Shown: positions 27,449 through 36,846, counted from the stretch's first letter. The stretch is 64,000 nt of DNA from Melioribacteraceae bacterium (GCA_036733965.1 DAIMZL010000001.1:189484-253483), one strand, 5' to 3'. Program-made: numbers and translations. The notes: generated from the sequence alone by a model not told the origin.

Positions 27449-30400
27449 TATGATAAAAAAAATCTGGTTAATAGTTTTGGTCTATTCAGGGTTATTTGCC
27501 CAAAGCGGTTTTTTTGTGAAATTTAGAGAAAATGTATCAAATGTTGAAATTGACAAAACAAATCAAAAAATTGTTCAAAAAGTACTAAAAGAATCGAGTA
27601 ATACTACTAACAAAGGAATTTCTTTAAAATTAAAACCATTAAATCAGTATTACTTTGAAAAAGGGATTGAAATAGGTAAAATATTTTTTGTGGATTTTAA
27701 TGATACATTATTAAATAATAAAGCAAAAGAGAATTATTCTGATCTAACTGAAATAGAATATACTCAAAATAATAATATTTACAAGTTAGATTATGTACCT
27801 AACGATGAATATGTAAATAAACAATGGGCTTTAAATACTACTAAAGCATTTGAAGCCTGGGATATTACTAAAGGTAGTAAAAATGTATTAATAGCAATTA
27901 TAGATACAGGTATTGATTATTTACATCCGGATTTAAACAAAAATTTATACGTAAATGAAGCGGAAGATTTAAATAAAAACGGAGTACTTGATTCCGAAGA
28001 TATTAATGGAATTGATGATGATAACAATGGATTTACAGATGATGTAATAGGATGGGATTTTACGGATAGAGTCGGATTCCCGTTTTCTTCTACCGGAGGT
28101 GATTATATTGATTGGGACAATAATCCTATGGATGAATACGGACACGGTACATGGGTTGCAGGTGTAATAGGAGCAGTATCCAATAATGGAGAAGGAATTA
28201 CCGGATTAGTACCTAATACAAGCATGCTTAATATAAGGGCTTTTGACCCGACCGGTAACGGTGAAGAAGATGATGCTGCAGCCGGCATTTTATATGCCGT
28301 TGAAATGGGAGCGAAAGTAATTAATATGAGTTTCGGAGATGTAAATTTTTCATTAGTACTTAGAGACGTAATAAGATTTGCATATGATAACGGTGTTGTT
28401 TTAATTGCAAGTGCAGGTAATTCATCATCAAATCAGCCTCACTATCCTTCAAGTTATCCCGAAGTAATTAGCTGCGGAGCAACTGATAATAACGATTATT
28501 TGGCTTCTTTCTCAAATACAGGTTCTACAATTGATTTAGTTGCACCGGGCGTAAATTTATATACAACCGATAGAAATAGCGGTTATAGAGAGTTTAGCGG
28601 TACTTCTTCATCTGCTCCTGTAGTAACTTCCGCTGCTGCATTATTATTAAGTTTAGAAAATTTTAATCCGGAAGAAATTAAACAAATATTAAAATCAACT
28701 GCTGTTGATTTAGGATCATCTGGTTGGGATGAAAAATTTGGAGCAGGACGAATTGATATACTTTCTGCAGTATCAATTAAAGCACCGGCAATTATTAAAT
28801 TAAATTCTCCGAAACAGGATTTTTCGACAAATAGCGATACTTTAGTAATTAATGCTTCAGTACTATCAGGGTATTTTGATAGATATGAATTACAGTATGG
28901 GTACGGAATCAATCCGTCTGAATGGGTTACTTTAATAGGTAACGGAAAAAACCAATTTGTTAATCGCGATTTATATAAATTGGATTTAAAAAATTTAAAT
29001 GATTCTGTTTATTGCGTAAAGCTAAAAGTTTATTTTAAAAATGGGTTAACTACGGAAGAAAGAGCAAATTTTTATATTATTCGTAATAGTGCCGAAATTA
29101 ATTTATTAGCTTTAGCTCCTGCATTTTATGGGGATGTTTCGACAATTTTAGGGAGTTTATATACCAACGAATTATGCACTGCATTTATGCATTATAAAAG
29201 AGTAGGAGAAAGTGAATTTAAGGTAATTTCGTTAGACGGTTTTTCTACAAATAATATGTTTTACAAGCAGCTTCACTATGGTTTTATACCTTTAGACATA
29301 ACATCACCAAATGAAACTTATGAAATATTTTTTGAAGCAAAAAACTTAGCGGGTAATTCATCTTACTTATACAATGACGGGAATTATTTTGTTGTTAAAA
29401 CAGATAATCAAATTATTAATGAACCTAAAACTGTTTTAAGCTATTCATTACCGTACGGAAGACTTTCTGATAAATCTTATATTATAAATGGAATTAGTAA
29501 TAAAACACTTTTTGAAAATAGTTATGATAATTCTTCAACATTAAAAATTTATAGTTTTGACGGAAACAAGTTTGTAAAAATTGATTCAATAAATAATCGT
29601 CAAGTTCCAAAATCTGTTGGCGACTTTAATAATAACGGAAAAACTGATTTTTTAAGTTATTTTTATCCGAAAGCGACTATTGACGAACAAAAAGATTTAA
29701 ATTCGACAAAGTTTAGTCTAAAATTTGTAGATTCAACCGCAGTCTTTCGACCTATATTTGTAGAAGATATTAATAATGACCAAAATTATGAGTTACTTGC
29801 CTTAACTAATGATACTACAATATCAGTATTTAAAGTAACAAGTGATTTTAAGTTGGAATTGATTGACAAAGCATATAATTTTTCACCAAATTTATATGGA
29901 AATTACTATAAAAATTCTTTCGGATCACCAAGTGCGGTAATTTCAAACGGTGCTTCGGGAGAAAATGCTAAAGAGTTATGGTTAATAGACTCGGAAGGGG
30001 ATATAGTTTGCTATTATATAAATGAAAACGGACAATTACAAAACGGTATTTCAATAACAACAGGGTTATTGGGATTGAAGAATTTACTTACAGCCGGTGA
30101 TTTTGACGGTGACGGTCAAAATGATATTGCTGCTTTGCTCGAATCTGAGGATACTCCTTTCAAATTACTTTTAGTTTTTAACATAAAAAACTCAAAACTT
30201 AATGTAATAGCGGAACGTTTTTTTATTGATCCTTCTATTCAATTTTCCTCTTTGGGTATTAAGCCAAAAGCCAATGTGAAATTTGCAAAACTTTTTGACT
30301 CAAATAGAAAGCAATTGTTTGTTAATACATATCCATATTCATATATTTTTGACTATCGATTTAACAAAACCGAAGGGGTTTTATTTAATAAAAATAATGA

Positions 30401-31673
30401 CGTAAAAGCTAACGAATATTATTACAACACTTTTGTTGATGATTTAAACTCAAACGGAATTAACGAGTTTTCATTGCCGGTAGATAATAAAATCGTATTT
30501 TATGAATTTGGCTCAACCACAAAGACTCCTTCGCCGGTGGTTCAAAAAGGATATAGTATGTCAGGTTCAAAAGCATTTATTAAATGGATGCCTACAGGAT
30601 CCAAAACTTATATCTATAAAGGCCTATCAGAAGATAATATCTCTCTTTATGATTCTACATATTATGATTTCATAATTGATTCTAACCTAACGACAAATAA
30701 CTACTATTTTTATAAGTTGCAGTCATATAATGCTAATAGTACAATTAAACTATCGGATCTAACAGAATCCATTGGAATTTATATACATGATAAAATTAAT
30801 TATTCCGGGAAAAAAGTAATAAAAGGGAATAGCGTTGAAATTGAATTTAACGGAAAAATAAATACTGCGGTTTTAAATCTTGAATCTTTTAAGTTGAGTA
30901 ACGGTGTTAGACCTTCATCAATTCTTGCTTCTTCTGAGAAATCATATATTATTAATTTTTCACCTTCATTGCAAAAGGGAAATTATACATTAATAGTAAA
31001 TGATCTAATAGATTATTATGGCAGTCCGATTGATAATTTTAGTTTTGATTTTAATGTAGATGAAATTATAACTACAGAGAATTTTTATATTACAGAATAT
31101 AATATATTGGAGCCTAAAGTTATTAGTATAAGTATGAATCTTGATATTGATAAAAGCACATTTTCTAAGGCTGAAAACTATTTAATTAATCCTTATAATA
31201 AAGTTCAAAAAGTAGATTTTATAGGAAATAATACTGTTGTAATATATTTAAATTATCCGGTAAAAAGTACAGGTGTTACGCATACAATTAAGTTAGAAAA
31301 CGTTAAATCATCAATAGAAGCAGGCAATATTTTAATTTCGGAAGGTGCAGGTAGTTTTTTGGTATTATCAACAAATGCAGATAACTTGTCCGATATGTAT
31401 GTTTACCCGAATCCGTTTAGTTTAAGTGAATCTGACGGGATGGTATATTTTGCAAATATTCCTATAAAAACTGATATAATTATTTTTGATATAAACGGTA
31501 ATAGAATAGCAGAAATTAGTGAAAGAGATGGTAACGGAGGTACAACCTGGAATTTAACTGATTTAAAAGGAGATAAAGTTGGTTCTGGAGTATATTTATA
31601 TCGAGCGGCAGTAATAGATGAGGGGAATAAAGAAATTGAAGTAAAATTAGGTAAATTTGCAATAACCAGATAA
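27438..31673 (+). CDS. Secreted 1411-aa S8 (subtilisin-family) peptidase with FG-GAP/VCBS-like repeats and a T9SS-type C-terminal sorting domain
   Basis: Signal peptide. Catalytic Asp (AIIDTGID), His (HGTWVAGVIG) and Ser (SGTSSSAPVV). Asp-rich Ca-binding-like insert. Repeats GDFNNNGKTDF, GDFDGDGQNDIA and DDLNSNGINEF. C-terminal YVYPNPFS...GVYLYRA...KFAITR. The start may be the ATG at 27450. Confidence 0.85.
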   Translation: MKCSMIKKIWLIVLVYSGLFAQSGFFVKFRENVSNVEIDKTNQKIVQKVLKESSNTTNKGISLKLKPLNQYYFEKGIEIGKIFFVDFNDTLLNNKAKENYSDLTEIEYTQNNNIYKLDYVPNDEYVNKQWALNTTKAFEAWDITKGSKNVLIAIIDTGIDYLHPDLNKNLYVNEAEDLNKNGVLDSEDINGIDDDNNGFTDDVIGWDFTDRVGFPFSSTGGDYIDWDNNPMDEYGHGTWVAGVIGAVSNNGEGITGLVPNTSMLNIRAFDPTGNGEEDDAAAGILYAVEMGAKVINMSFGDVNFSLVLRDVIRFAYDNGVVLIASAGNSSSNQPHYPSSYPEVISCGATDNNDYLASFSNTGSTIDLVAPGVNLYTTDRNSGYREFSGTSSSAPVVTSAAALLLSLENFNPEEIKQILKSTAVDLGSSGWDEKFGAGRIDILSAVSIKAPAIIKLNSPKQDFSTNSDTLVINASVLSGYFDRYELQYGYGINPSEWVTLIGNGKNQFVNRDLYKLDLKNLNDSVYCVKLKVYFKNGLTTEERANFYIIRNSAEINLLALAPAFYGDVSTILGSLYTNELCTAFMHYKRVGESEFKVISLDGFSTNNMFYKQLHYGFIPLDITSPNETYEIFFEAKNLAGNSSYLYNDGNYFVVKTDNQIINEPKTVLSYSLPYGRLSDKSYIINGISNKTLFENSYDNSSTLKIYSFDGNKFVKIDSINNRQVPKSVGDFNNNGKTDFLSYFYPKATIDEQKDLNSTKFSLKFVDSTAVFRPIFVEDINNDQNYELLALTNDTTISVFKVTSDFKLELIDKAYNFSPNLYGNYYKNSFGSPSAVISNGASGENAKELWLIDSEGDIVCYYINENGQLQNGISITTGLLGLKNLLTAGDFDGDGQNDIAALLESEDTPFKLLLVFNIKNSKLNVIAERFFIDPSIQFSSLGIKPKANVKFAKLFDSNRKQLFVNTYPYSYIFDYRFNKTEGVLFNKNNDVKANEYYYNTFVDDLNSNGINEFSLPVDNKIVFYEFGSTTKTPSPVVQKGYSMSGSKAFIKWMPTGSKTYIYKGLSEDNISLYDSTYYDFIIDSNLTTNNYYFYKLQSYNANSTIKLSDLTESIGIYIHDKINYSGKKVIKGNSVEIEFNGKINTAVLNLESFKLSNGVRPSSILASSEKSYIINFSPSLQKGNYTLIVNDLIDYYGSPIDNFSFDFNVDEIITTENFYITEYNILEPKVISISMNLDIDKSTFSKAENYLINPYNKVQKVDFIGNNTVVIYLNYPVKSTGVTHTIKLENVKSSIEAGNILISEGAGSFLVLSTNADNLSDMYVYPNPFSLSESDGMVYFANIPIKTDIIIFDINGNRIAEISERDGNGGTTWNLTDLKGDKVGSGVYLYRAAVIDEGNKEIEVKLGKFAITR

Positions 31674-31684
31674 ATCGGAGAATA

Positions 31685-32629
31685 TTGATGAGTTTTTTCA
31701 AAAATTTAAATTTTGATAAATTAGTAAGCGGACTATCAAAGACTAAAGACAAATTAGTAACATTAGTAACCGAAACCATTACGGGTAAAGCTAAAGTTGA
31801 TGAATCTACTCTTGATGAGTTGGAAGAAATATTAGTTACCTGTGATATAGGTTATGAAACTGCTTCCAGGGTAATTGAGAATGCGAGAAAAGAATTTAGG
31901 AAAGATAAAGAACGTAGCAAAGAAAATTTATTAAGTATTATTAAAAACGAGCTTAAAAACGTTTTAGTAAGTAACGAAAATATTAAAACTGAATTTGAAC
32001 TTGTCGATAAATATAAACCTTTTGTAATACTAATAGTTGGTGTTAACGGTGCCGGAAAGACAACTACGATTGGGAAGTTAGCTCACAATTACAAACAAGC
32101 CGGTTTGAAGGTTGTAATTGGTTCTGCAGACACTTTTAGGGCAGCTGCAAACGAACAATTAGAAGTATGGGCAAAACGTGCCGGTGTAGAGATTATTATG
32201 AAAGCAGCAGGAAGTGACCCTTCATCCGTAGCTTTTGATACTTTGGCGGTTGCCAAAAAAGATAACGCTGATATTGTAATTATAGATACTGCAGGAAGAC
32301 TTCACACAAAACATAATTTAATGGAAGAGCTAAAAAAGATTAAAAAAGTAATGGCTAAAGTGTTAGATTATGCTCCTAATGAAATATTTTTGGTTGTTGA
32401 CGGTAATACCGGACAAAATGCTCTTATTCAAGCGCAAGAATTTGCAAAATATACTGAACTTTCCGGCTTGGTTGTAACTAAGTTGGACGGTACGGCGAAA
32501 GGAGGCGTTTTATTCCAAATTTCGGCACAGCAAAATATTCCCGTAAGATATATTGGAGTTGGTGAAGGAATTGAAGATCTTCAGACTTTTGATGCAGATA
32601 GTTATATAAATGCTTTATTTGGTAACTAA
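31685..32629 (+). CDS. ftsY: Signal recognition particle receptor FtsY
   Basis: NG domain motifs GVNGAGKTTTIGKLA, DTAGRLH and TKLDGTAKGG. Confidence 0.92.
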   Translation: MMSFFKNLNFDKLVSGLSKTKDKLVTLVTETITGKAKVDESTLDELEEILVTCDIGYETASRVIENARKEFRKDKERSKENLLSIIKNELKNVLVSNENIKTEFELVDKYKPFVILIVGVNGAGKTTTIGKLAHNYKQAGLKVVIGSADTFRAAANEQLEVWAKRAGVEIIMKAAGSDPSSVAFDTLAVAKKDNADIVIIDTAGRLHTKHNLMEELKKIKKVMAKVLDYAPNEIFLVVDGNTGQNALIQAQEFAKYTELSGLVVTKLDGTAKGGVLFQISAQQNIPVRYIGVGEGIEDLQTFDADSYINALFGN

Positions 32630-32649
32630 TTATTCAAAAGGAGTTAATC

Positions 32650-32859
32650 ATGTTTATGAAGAAACCAAAAAATAAAGTATTTGAGTATCAACCTCGTTTT
32701 TATAAACCGGAAGAAGACGAAACCGAACGCAGAAAACGAAAATTAAAATTTCGTTCTAATCAATCTTTAAAACGTAAAAATAAATCACCGATAATGTGGA
32801 TTGTAATTATTGGTGTAGTTATTTTTGTATATCTAAAACTAATAGGGTATTTCAATTAG
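32650..32859 (+). CDS. Small basic single-pass membrane protein (hypothetical)
   Basis: GGAG RBS, Lys/Arg-rich N-terminus and one C-terminal TM helix (IMWIVIIGVVIFVYLKLIGYF). Confidence 0.4.
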   Translation: MFMKKPKNKVFEYQPRFYKPEEDETERRKRKLKFRSNQSLKRKNKSPIMWIVIIGVVIFVYLKLIGYFN

Positions 32860-32909
32860 TTGTTTTTATAAGGTAAAAGGTAAAATGTTAATAAGTTAGC
32901 GCTTTATTT

Positions 32910-32937
32910 AGTTTACATAATATACATTATAAGACAA
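32910..32937 (-). other. dif-like XerC/XerD recombination site
   Basis: Minus strand reads TTGTCTTATAA-TGTATA-TTATGTAAACT. The central hexamer equals E. coli dif. The XerD arm equals the B. subtilis dif XerD arm 11/11. There are 16 contiguous nt (ATAATGTATATTATGT) identical to E. coli dif. Reference sites are from memory. It lies in the convergent gap between the two gene arrays. Confidence 0.65.
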
Positions 32938-32951
32938 TATAATGTATATTA
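32918..32951. repeat. Perfect 14-bp inverted repeat (palindromic hairpin) overlapping the dif-like core
   Basis: TAATATACATTATA (32918-32931), AGACAA, TATAATGTATATTA (32938-51). It could also act as a bidirectional terminator for the two convergent transcription units. Confidence 0.8.
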
Positions 32952-32977
32952 ATATTTAATTTATTATGTTTTTTTAT

Positions 32978-34789
32978 TTATATTTCAATATCCTTTTGAC
33001 CTAATAGCAATTCTTTTTGATAATGATTTAATATATCAATTCTATTTACTATGCCAATTAATTTATTATTTCCAATTTCTACAACCGGTAAATAATCAAT
33101 ATCGCTTGCTTCTAATAGATTTAAAGAAAAATCTGCCGTGCTATTTTTATTTACAGTCTTAATATTTTTAGTCATAAAATCTTCTGCTACTAAAAATTGA
33201 GAGATTGCGGCAGTCTCTTCGTTTAAGAGTGCCTCTCTAATATCTTCAAAAAATATTTGACCTACTACAAAATCATTATTATCGCAGACAATTAAGGAAT
33301 TTAATTTAATACTTTTTATCTTATTAATTACAATCTCAAAAGGTGTAAAACTATTAACTGTTTCAAATTCTTTACTTATTAAATCACCCATGTATATCTT
33401 TTTTAAGATAGATACTTTTCGTCCATATATATCTATTTCTCTTCCTTCACGTGCAAATTTAATTGAGTATAAAGACCCTTTAAGAATTGACTTTGCAACT
33501 GTTGTGGATATAATAATTGTTAACATTAACGGCAAAATAATTTTGTAATTATTTGTCATCTCAAATGTCATTATTAAAGCCGTTAAAGAGGCATTTGTTG
33601 TGCCGGCTACTACTCCTGCCATTCCTACCATAGCATATGCGCCGGAAGGAGCTGCGTAGTTTGGAAATAAATAGTTTACTAAAAACCCGAATAATGATCC
33701 TAACATTGCGCCTGTCACCAAACTGGGAGCAAATGTACCTCCGTTTCCGCCTGATCCAATTGTTGCTGCGGTTGCGATTGGTTTAAAAATTAGAATACCA
33801 AAAAATGTTAATAAAATATCAGTCGAATACGGAACATTAAAATTAACATATGTAAAACCATATAATCCCGGTAAATATACTGCTAAAATGCCGACTATTA
33901 AACCACCTAATGCAGGTTTAATTATTGGATTTATTTTTTTTAATTTTGAAAAAATATCAGAAATTAAATAAAATACTTTTACAAAATAAACCGCAACTAA
34001 TCCGCTTAATATACCTAAAAATATATAGAAAAATAATTCGATATTAGATGTTAATTCATAAGGAGGAATTTTAAAAGCCGGTTCGTTTCCAATATAACTT
34101 CTTGATATTGCAGTAGCAAAGACCGATGCTATAATTATCGGACTAAATGTCTGAGCCCGAAAAGAGCGCAAAATAATTTCAATTGCGAACAATGCTCCGC
34201 CTAAAGGTGCATTAAATGCTGCAGCAAGTCCCGCAGCTGCTCCGCATCCTAATAAAACTTTTAATCTATCGCTTGAAAGTTTCAAAATCTGACCAAATGC
34301 AGAGCCGATTGAAGCTCCTATCTGAACAATAGGTCCTTCTTTTCCGCCTGCTCCTCCGCTTCCGATACTTATAGCAGTGCCTATTATTTTTTTTATGGCA
34401 ATTGTACCTTTAATTACGCCTGCTTTTGTTGCAACCGCATCAATTACATTTGGAATACCTTCCCCTTTTTCCCCTTTTTCAAAAAAATAAGCAAAAAGAC
34501 CTACAAATAACCCTCCGATTGCAGGTAAAAATATTAATAATATTATTGAAAAAAGTGAAAAATCGCTTATCAGAGTACTTTTACCGATAATCTTTGCAGG
34601 AAAATCGTAAAAAAGATGTTTAATAATTTCAATTGTGTGATGAAATATAATTGCACCGATTCCTGCTAAAACACCTGTTATACCTCCTAATACTAAAAGA
34701 TACGATTCTTGTGAAAAAGATATTTGGGAAAATAACTTGTCAAGCTTAAAACGAATATTCGGTAAATTTTTATAGTTGAAATTTAACAA
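32978..34789 (-). CDS. ClC-family chloride channel/antiporter with C-terminal CBS pair
   Basis: Selectivity-filter motifs GSGIP-like GEGIPN, GKEGPIVQIG and GGTFAPSL. Two CBS modules in the last ~150 aa. Confidence 0.88.
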   Translation of the reverse strand: MLNFNYKNLPNIRFKLDKLFSQISFSQESYLLVLGGITGVLAGIGAIIFHHTIEIIKHLFYDFPAKIIGKSTLISDFSLFSIILLIFLPAIGGLFVGLFAYFFEKGEKGEGIPNVIDAVATKAGVIKGTIAIKKIIGTAISIGSGGAGGKEGPIVQIGASIGSAFGQILKLSSDRLKVLLGCGAAAGLAAAFNAPLGGALFAIEIILRSFRAQTFSPIIIASVFATAISRSYIGNEPAFKIPPYELTSNIELFFYIFLGILSGLVAVYFVKVFYLISDIFSKLKKINPIIKPALGGLIVGILAVYLPGLYGFTYVNFNVPYSTDILLTFFGILIFKPIATAATIGSGGNGGTFAPSLVTGAMLGSLFGFLVNYLFPNYAAPSGAYAMVGMAGVVAGTTNASLTALIMTFEMTNNYKIILPLMLTIIISTTVAKSILKGSLYSIKFAREGREIDIYGRKVSILKKIYMGDLISKEFETVNSFTPFEIVINKIKSIKLNSLIVCDNNDFVVGQIFFEDIREALLNEETAAISQFLVAEDFMTKNIKTVNKNSTADFSLNLLEASDIDYLPVVEIGNNKLIGIVNRIDILNHYQKELLLGQKDIEI

Positions 34790-34797
34790 ATTAATCC

Positions 34798-35640
34798 TTA
34801 ATATTTATAAAATCCTTCTCCCGTTTTTTTACCCAATTTTTTTGCCGCAACCATCTTTTTTAATAATGGACATGGTCGATATTTAAAGTCGTCAAATCCC
34901 TTGAATAACACATTCATTATATCCAAACAGACATCAAGTCCAATGAAATCAGCAAGTTCTAATGGTCCCATTGGATGATTCATTCCGAGCTTCATTACAG
35001 TATCAATATCTTTTGCAGAAGAAACACCTTCGTACAAAGCAAAAATGGCTTCATTAATCATGGGCATTAACACTCTGTTTGAGATAAAACCGGGATAATC
35101 ATTAACCAAAACCGGCTCTTTTTTAAGCTTTAGCACTACATCATAAATTTTATTGTATGTTTCTTCTGATGTGGAATACCCTTTAATTATTTCCACAAGT
35201 TTCATAACCGGAACCGGATTCATAAAATGTAAGCCAATAAATTTATCCGGTCTATTATTTGTCTGTAGCTCGGTGATTGATATTGCAGAAGTATTAGATG
35301 CGAATATACAGTTTGTATTAACTAAACTTTCTAACTTATTGAAAAGCTGCAACTTAGCGTCTTTCTTTTCAACTATAGCTTCAATAACTAAATCTGTATC
35401 AAAATCAATAGCGTTTATATCTGATTTAAGTGTAATATTGTTTAATGCCGTCATTTTATCTTCGACAGAAAGTATTTCTTTTTTAACCTGTCTATCAAAA
35501 TTTTTAGAGATATTAGATAAGGCATTCTCTAAAATAGAAATATTTAAGTCAATTAATTGAACCTTAAAACGAAATTGCGCAAAAACATGAGCAATTCCGT
35601 TTCCCATAGTTCCGGCGCCAATTACAGCTATTTTTATCAT
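34798..35640 (-). CDS. hbd: 3-hydroxybutyryl-CoA dehydrogenase
   Basis: Rossmann IAVIGAGTMGNGIA, the HFMNPVP motif and the C-terminal GxLxLxDxIGLD pattern (MGPLELADFIGLD). Confidence 0.88.
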   Translation of the reverse strand: MIKIAVIGAGTMGNGIAHVFAQFRFKVQLIDLNISILENALSNISKNFDRQVKKEILSVEDKMTALNNITLKSDINAIDFDTDLVIEAIVEKKDAKLQLFNKLESLVNTNCIFASNTSAISITELQTNNRPDKFIGLHFMNPVPVMKLVEIIKGYSTSEETYNKIYDVVLKLKKEPVLVNDYPGFISNRVLMPMINEAIFALYEGVSSAKDIDTVMKLGMNHPMGPLELADFIGLDVCLDIMNVLFKGFDDFKYRPCPLLKKMVAAKKLGKKTGEGFYKY

Positions 35641-35647
35641 ATTTAAG

Positions 35648-36829
35648 CTATTTATTATATTTTTTAATTATTAAAGCAGAAGCTTCTCCGCCGCCAATAC
35701 ATAATGAAGCTAAACCCAAATTTAAATTTTTTCTAATCATCTCGTAAATTAATGTAACTAATATTCTTGCACCGCTTGCTCCTATAGGATGACCTAAAGC
35801 AATTGCTCCGCCATTTAAATTAATCTTCGATTCATCTAAATGTAGAATTTTATTAACCGCCAGCGAAACAACAGCAAATGCTTCGTTTATCTCGTAAATA
35901 TCGATATCATCTTTTGTTAAATTTGCTTTTTTTAGAACTTTGGCTATTGCATCGGCAGGTGCGGTAGTAAATTCAACCGGAGCTTTTGATGCAGAAGCTT
36001 GAGCGACAATTTCAACCAAAGGAGTATATCCCAATCTTAAAGCTGTTTCTTCTGACATTACCAATAAAGCAGCAGCACCGTCATTTAATTTTGATGAATT
36101 AGCTGCAGTCACAACACCGTTTTTATCGAATGCCGGACGTAAAGTCGGTATTTTATCAAATTTTACGTTTTTGGGTTCTTCATCTTCGTCAACAGTAAAG
36201 TCCCCTTTTTTAGACTTAATTGTAACGGGAGCTATTTCTTCTTTAAATATTCCGCTTATTGTAGCTTCTATTGCTTTGTTATAAGATTTTACGGCAAATT
36301 CATCAAGCATTTCACGTGAAAGTTCGTAATCTTTAGCACAAATTTCTGCACAGTTTCCCATATGCATATCGTTATAAACATCCCAAAGTCCGTCTAATAT
36401 TACACTATCATTTAATTTACCGTGACCTAATCTATAACCATTTCTTGCATCAGAAAGCAAATACGGAGCGTTTGACATGCTTTCCATGCCTCCGGCAATA
36501 ATTATGTCGGCATCACCGCATTGAATGGCTTGAGCGGCAAGCATAACAGCTTTAAGCCCGCTACCACACATCTTATTAATAGTTAATGCCTCAGTTTTAT
36601 TTGGTAAACCAGCAAATAAAGTTGCCTGTCGTGCCGGTGCTTGTCCTTGTCCGGCAGAAAGAACGTTCCCCATAATAACTTCATCGACTAAACTAAAGTC
36701 AATTTTTGAATCGCCTAAAACAGCTTTAATTGCTTCTGCTCCTAACTTTGGTGCTGTCAAGCTTGATAAAACACCCTGAAAACTACCAATTGCCGTTCTT
36801 TTTGCAGATACTATAACAACCTTTTTCAT
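35648..36829 (-). CDS. Acetyl-CoA C-acetyltransferase (thiolase II)
   Basis: Active-site Cys NKMCGSGLKA, NGGAIALGHPIGASG and a CIGGGEA tail. Confidence 0.9.
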   Translation of the reverse strand: MKKVVIVSAKRTAIGSFQGVLSSLTAPKLGAEAIKAVLGDSKIDFSLVDEVIMGNVLSAGQGQAPARQATLFAGLPNKTEALTINKMCGSGLKAVMLAAQAIQCGDADIIIAGGMESMSNAPYLLSDARNGYRLGHGKLNDSVILDGLWDVYNDMHMGNCAEICAKDYELSREMLDEFAVKSYNKAIEATISGIFKEEIAPVTIKSKKGDFTVDEDEEPKNVKFDKIPTLRPAFDKNGVVTAANSSKLNDGAAALLVMSEETALRLGYTPLVEIVAQASASKAPVEFTTAPADAIAKVLKKANLTKDDIDIYEINEAFAVVSLAVNKILHLDESKINLNGGAIALGHPIGASGARILVTLIYEMIRKNLNLGLASLCIGGGEASALIIKKYNK

Positions 36830-36846
36830 AATTCCTCTATTAAAAT

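Noticed and set aside
32932-32959. Second, plus-strand dif-like 28-mer (AGACAATATAA-TGTATA-TTAATATTTAA)
   Set aside because: Only the central hexamer and the inner ATAA/TTA match. The XerD arm matches about 3/11 of the consensus. It exists because of the palindrome and is unlikely to be an independent functional site.
33503-33511. DnaA-box-like 9-mer TGTGGATAT close to the strand switch
   Set aside because: It is a single copy with one mismatch, inside the ClC coding sequence. There is no box cluster or AT-rich unwinding element, and gene orientation here is convergent, not divergent, so it is not oriC.
34790-34797. Fluoride riboswitch / ClC-F possibility for the chloride channel gene
   Set aside because: Only 8 nt separate it from hbd, so there is no leader region. 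The protein is a long CBS-containing ClC rather than the short ClC-F type.
35153-35560. 135-aa plus-strand ORF. Similar antisense ORFs occur at 16219-16539, 23850-24176, 28583-28912, 48617-48946 and 62591-62926.
   Set aside because: All lie fully inside, and antisense to, genes with strong motif support. They have low-complexity or odd composition and no RBS. They are typical shadow ORFs.
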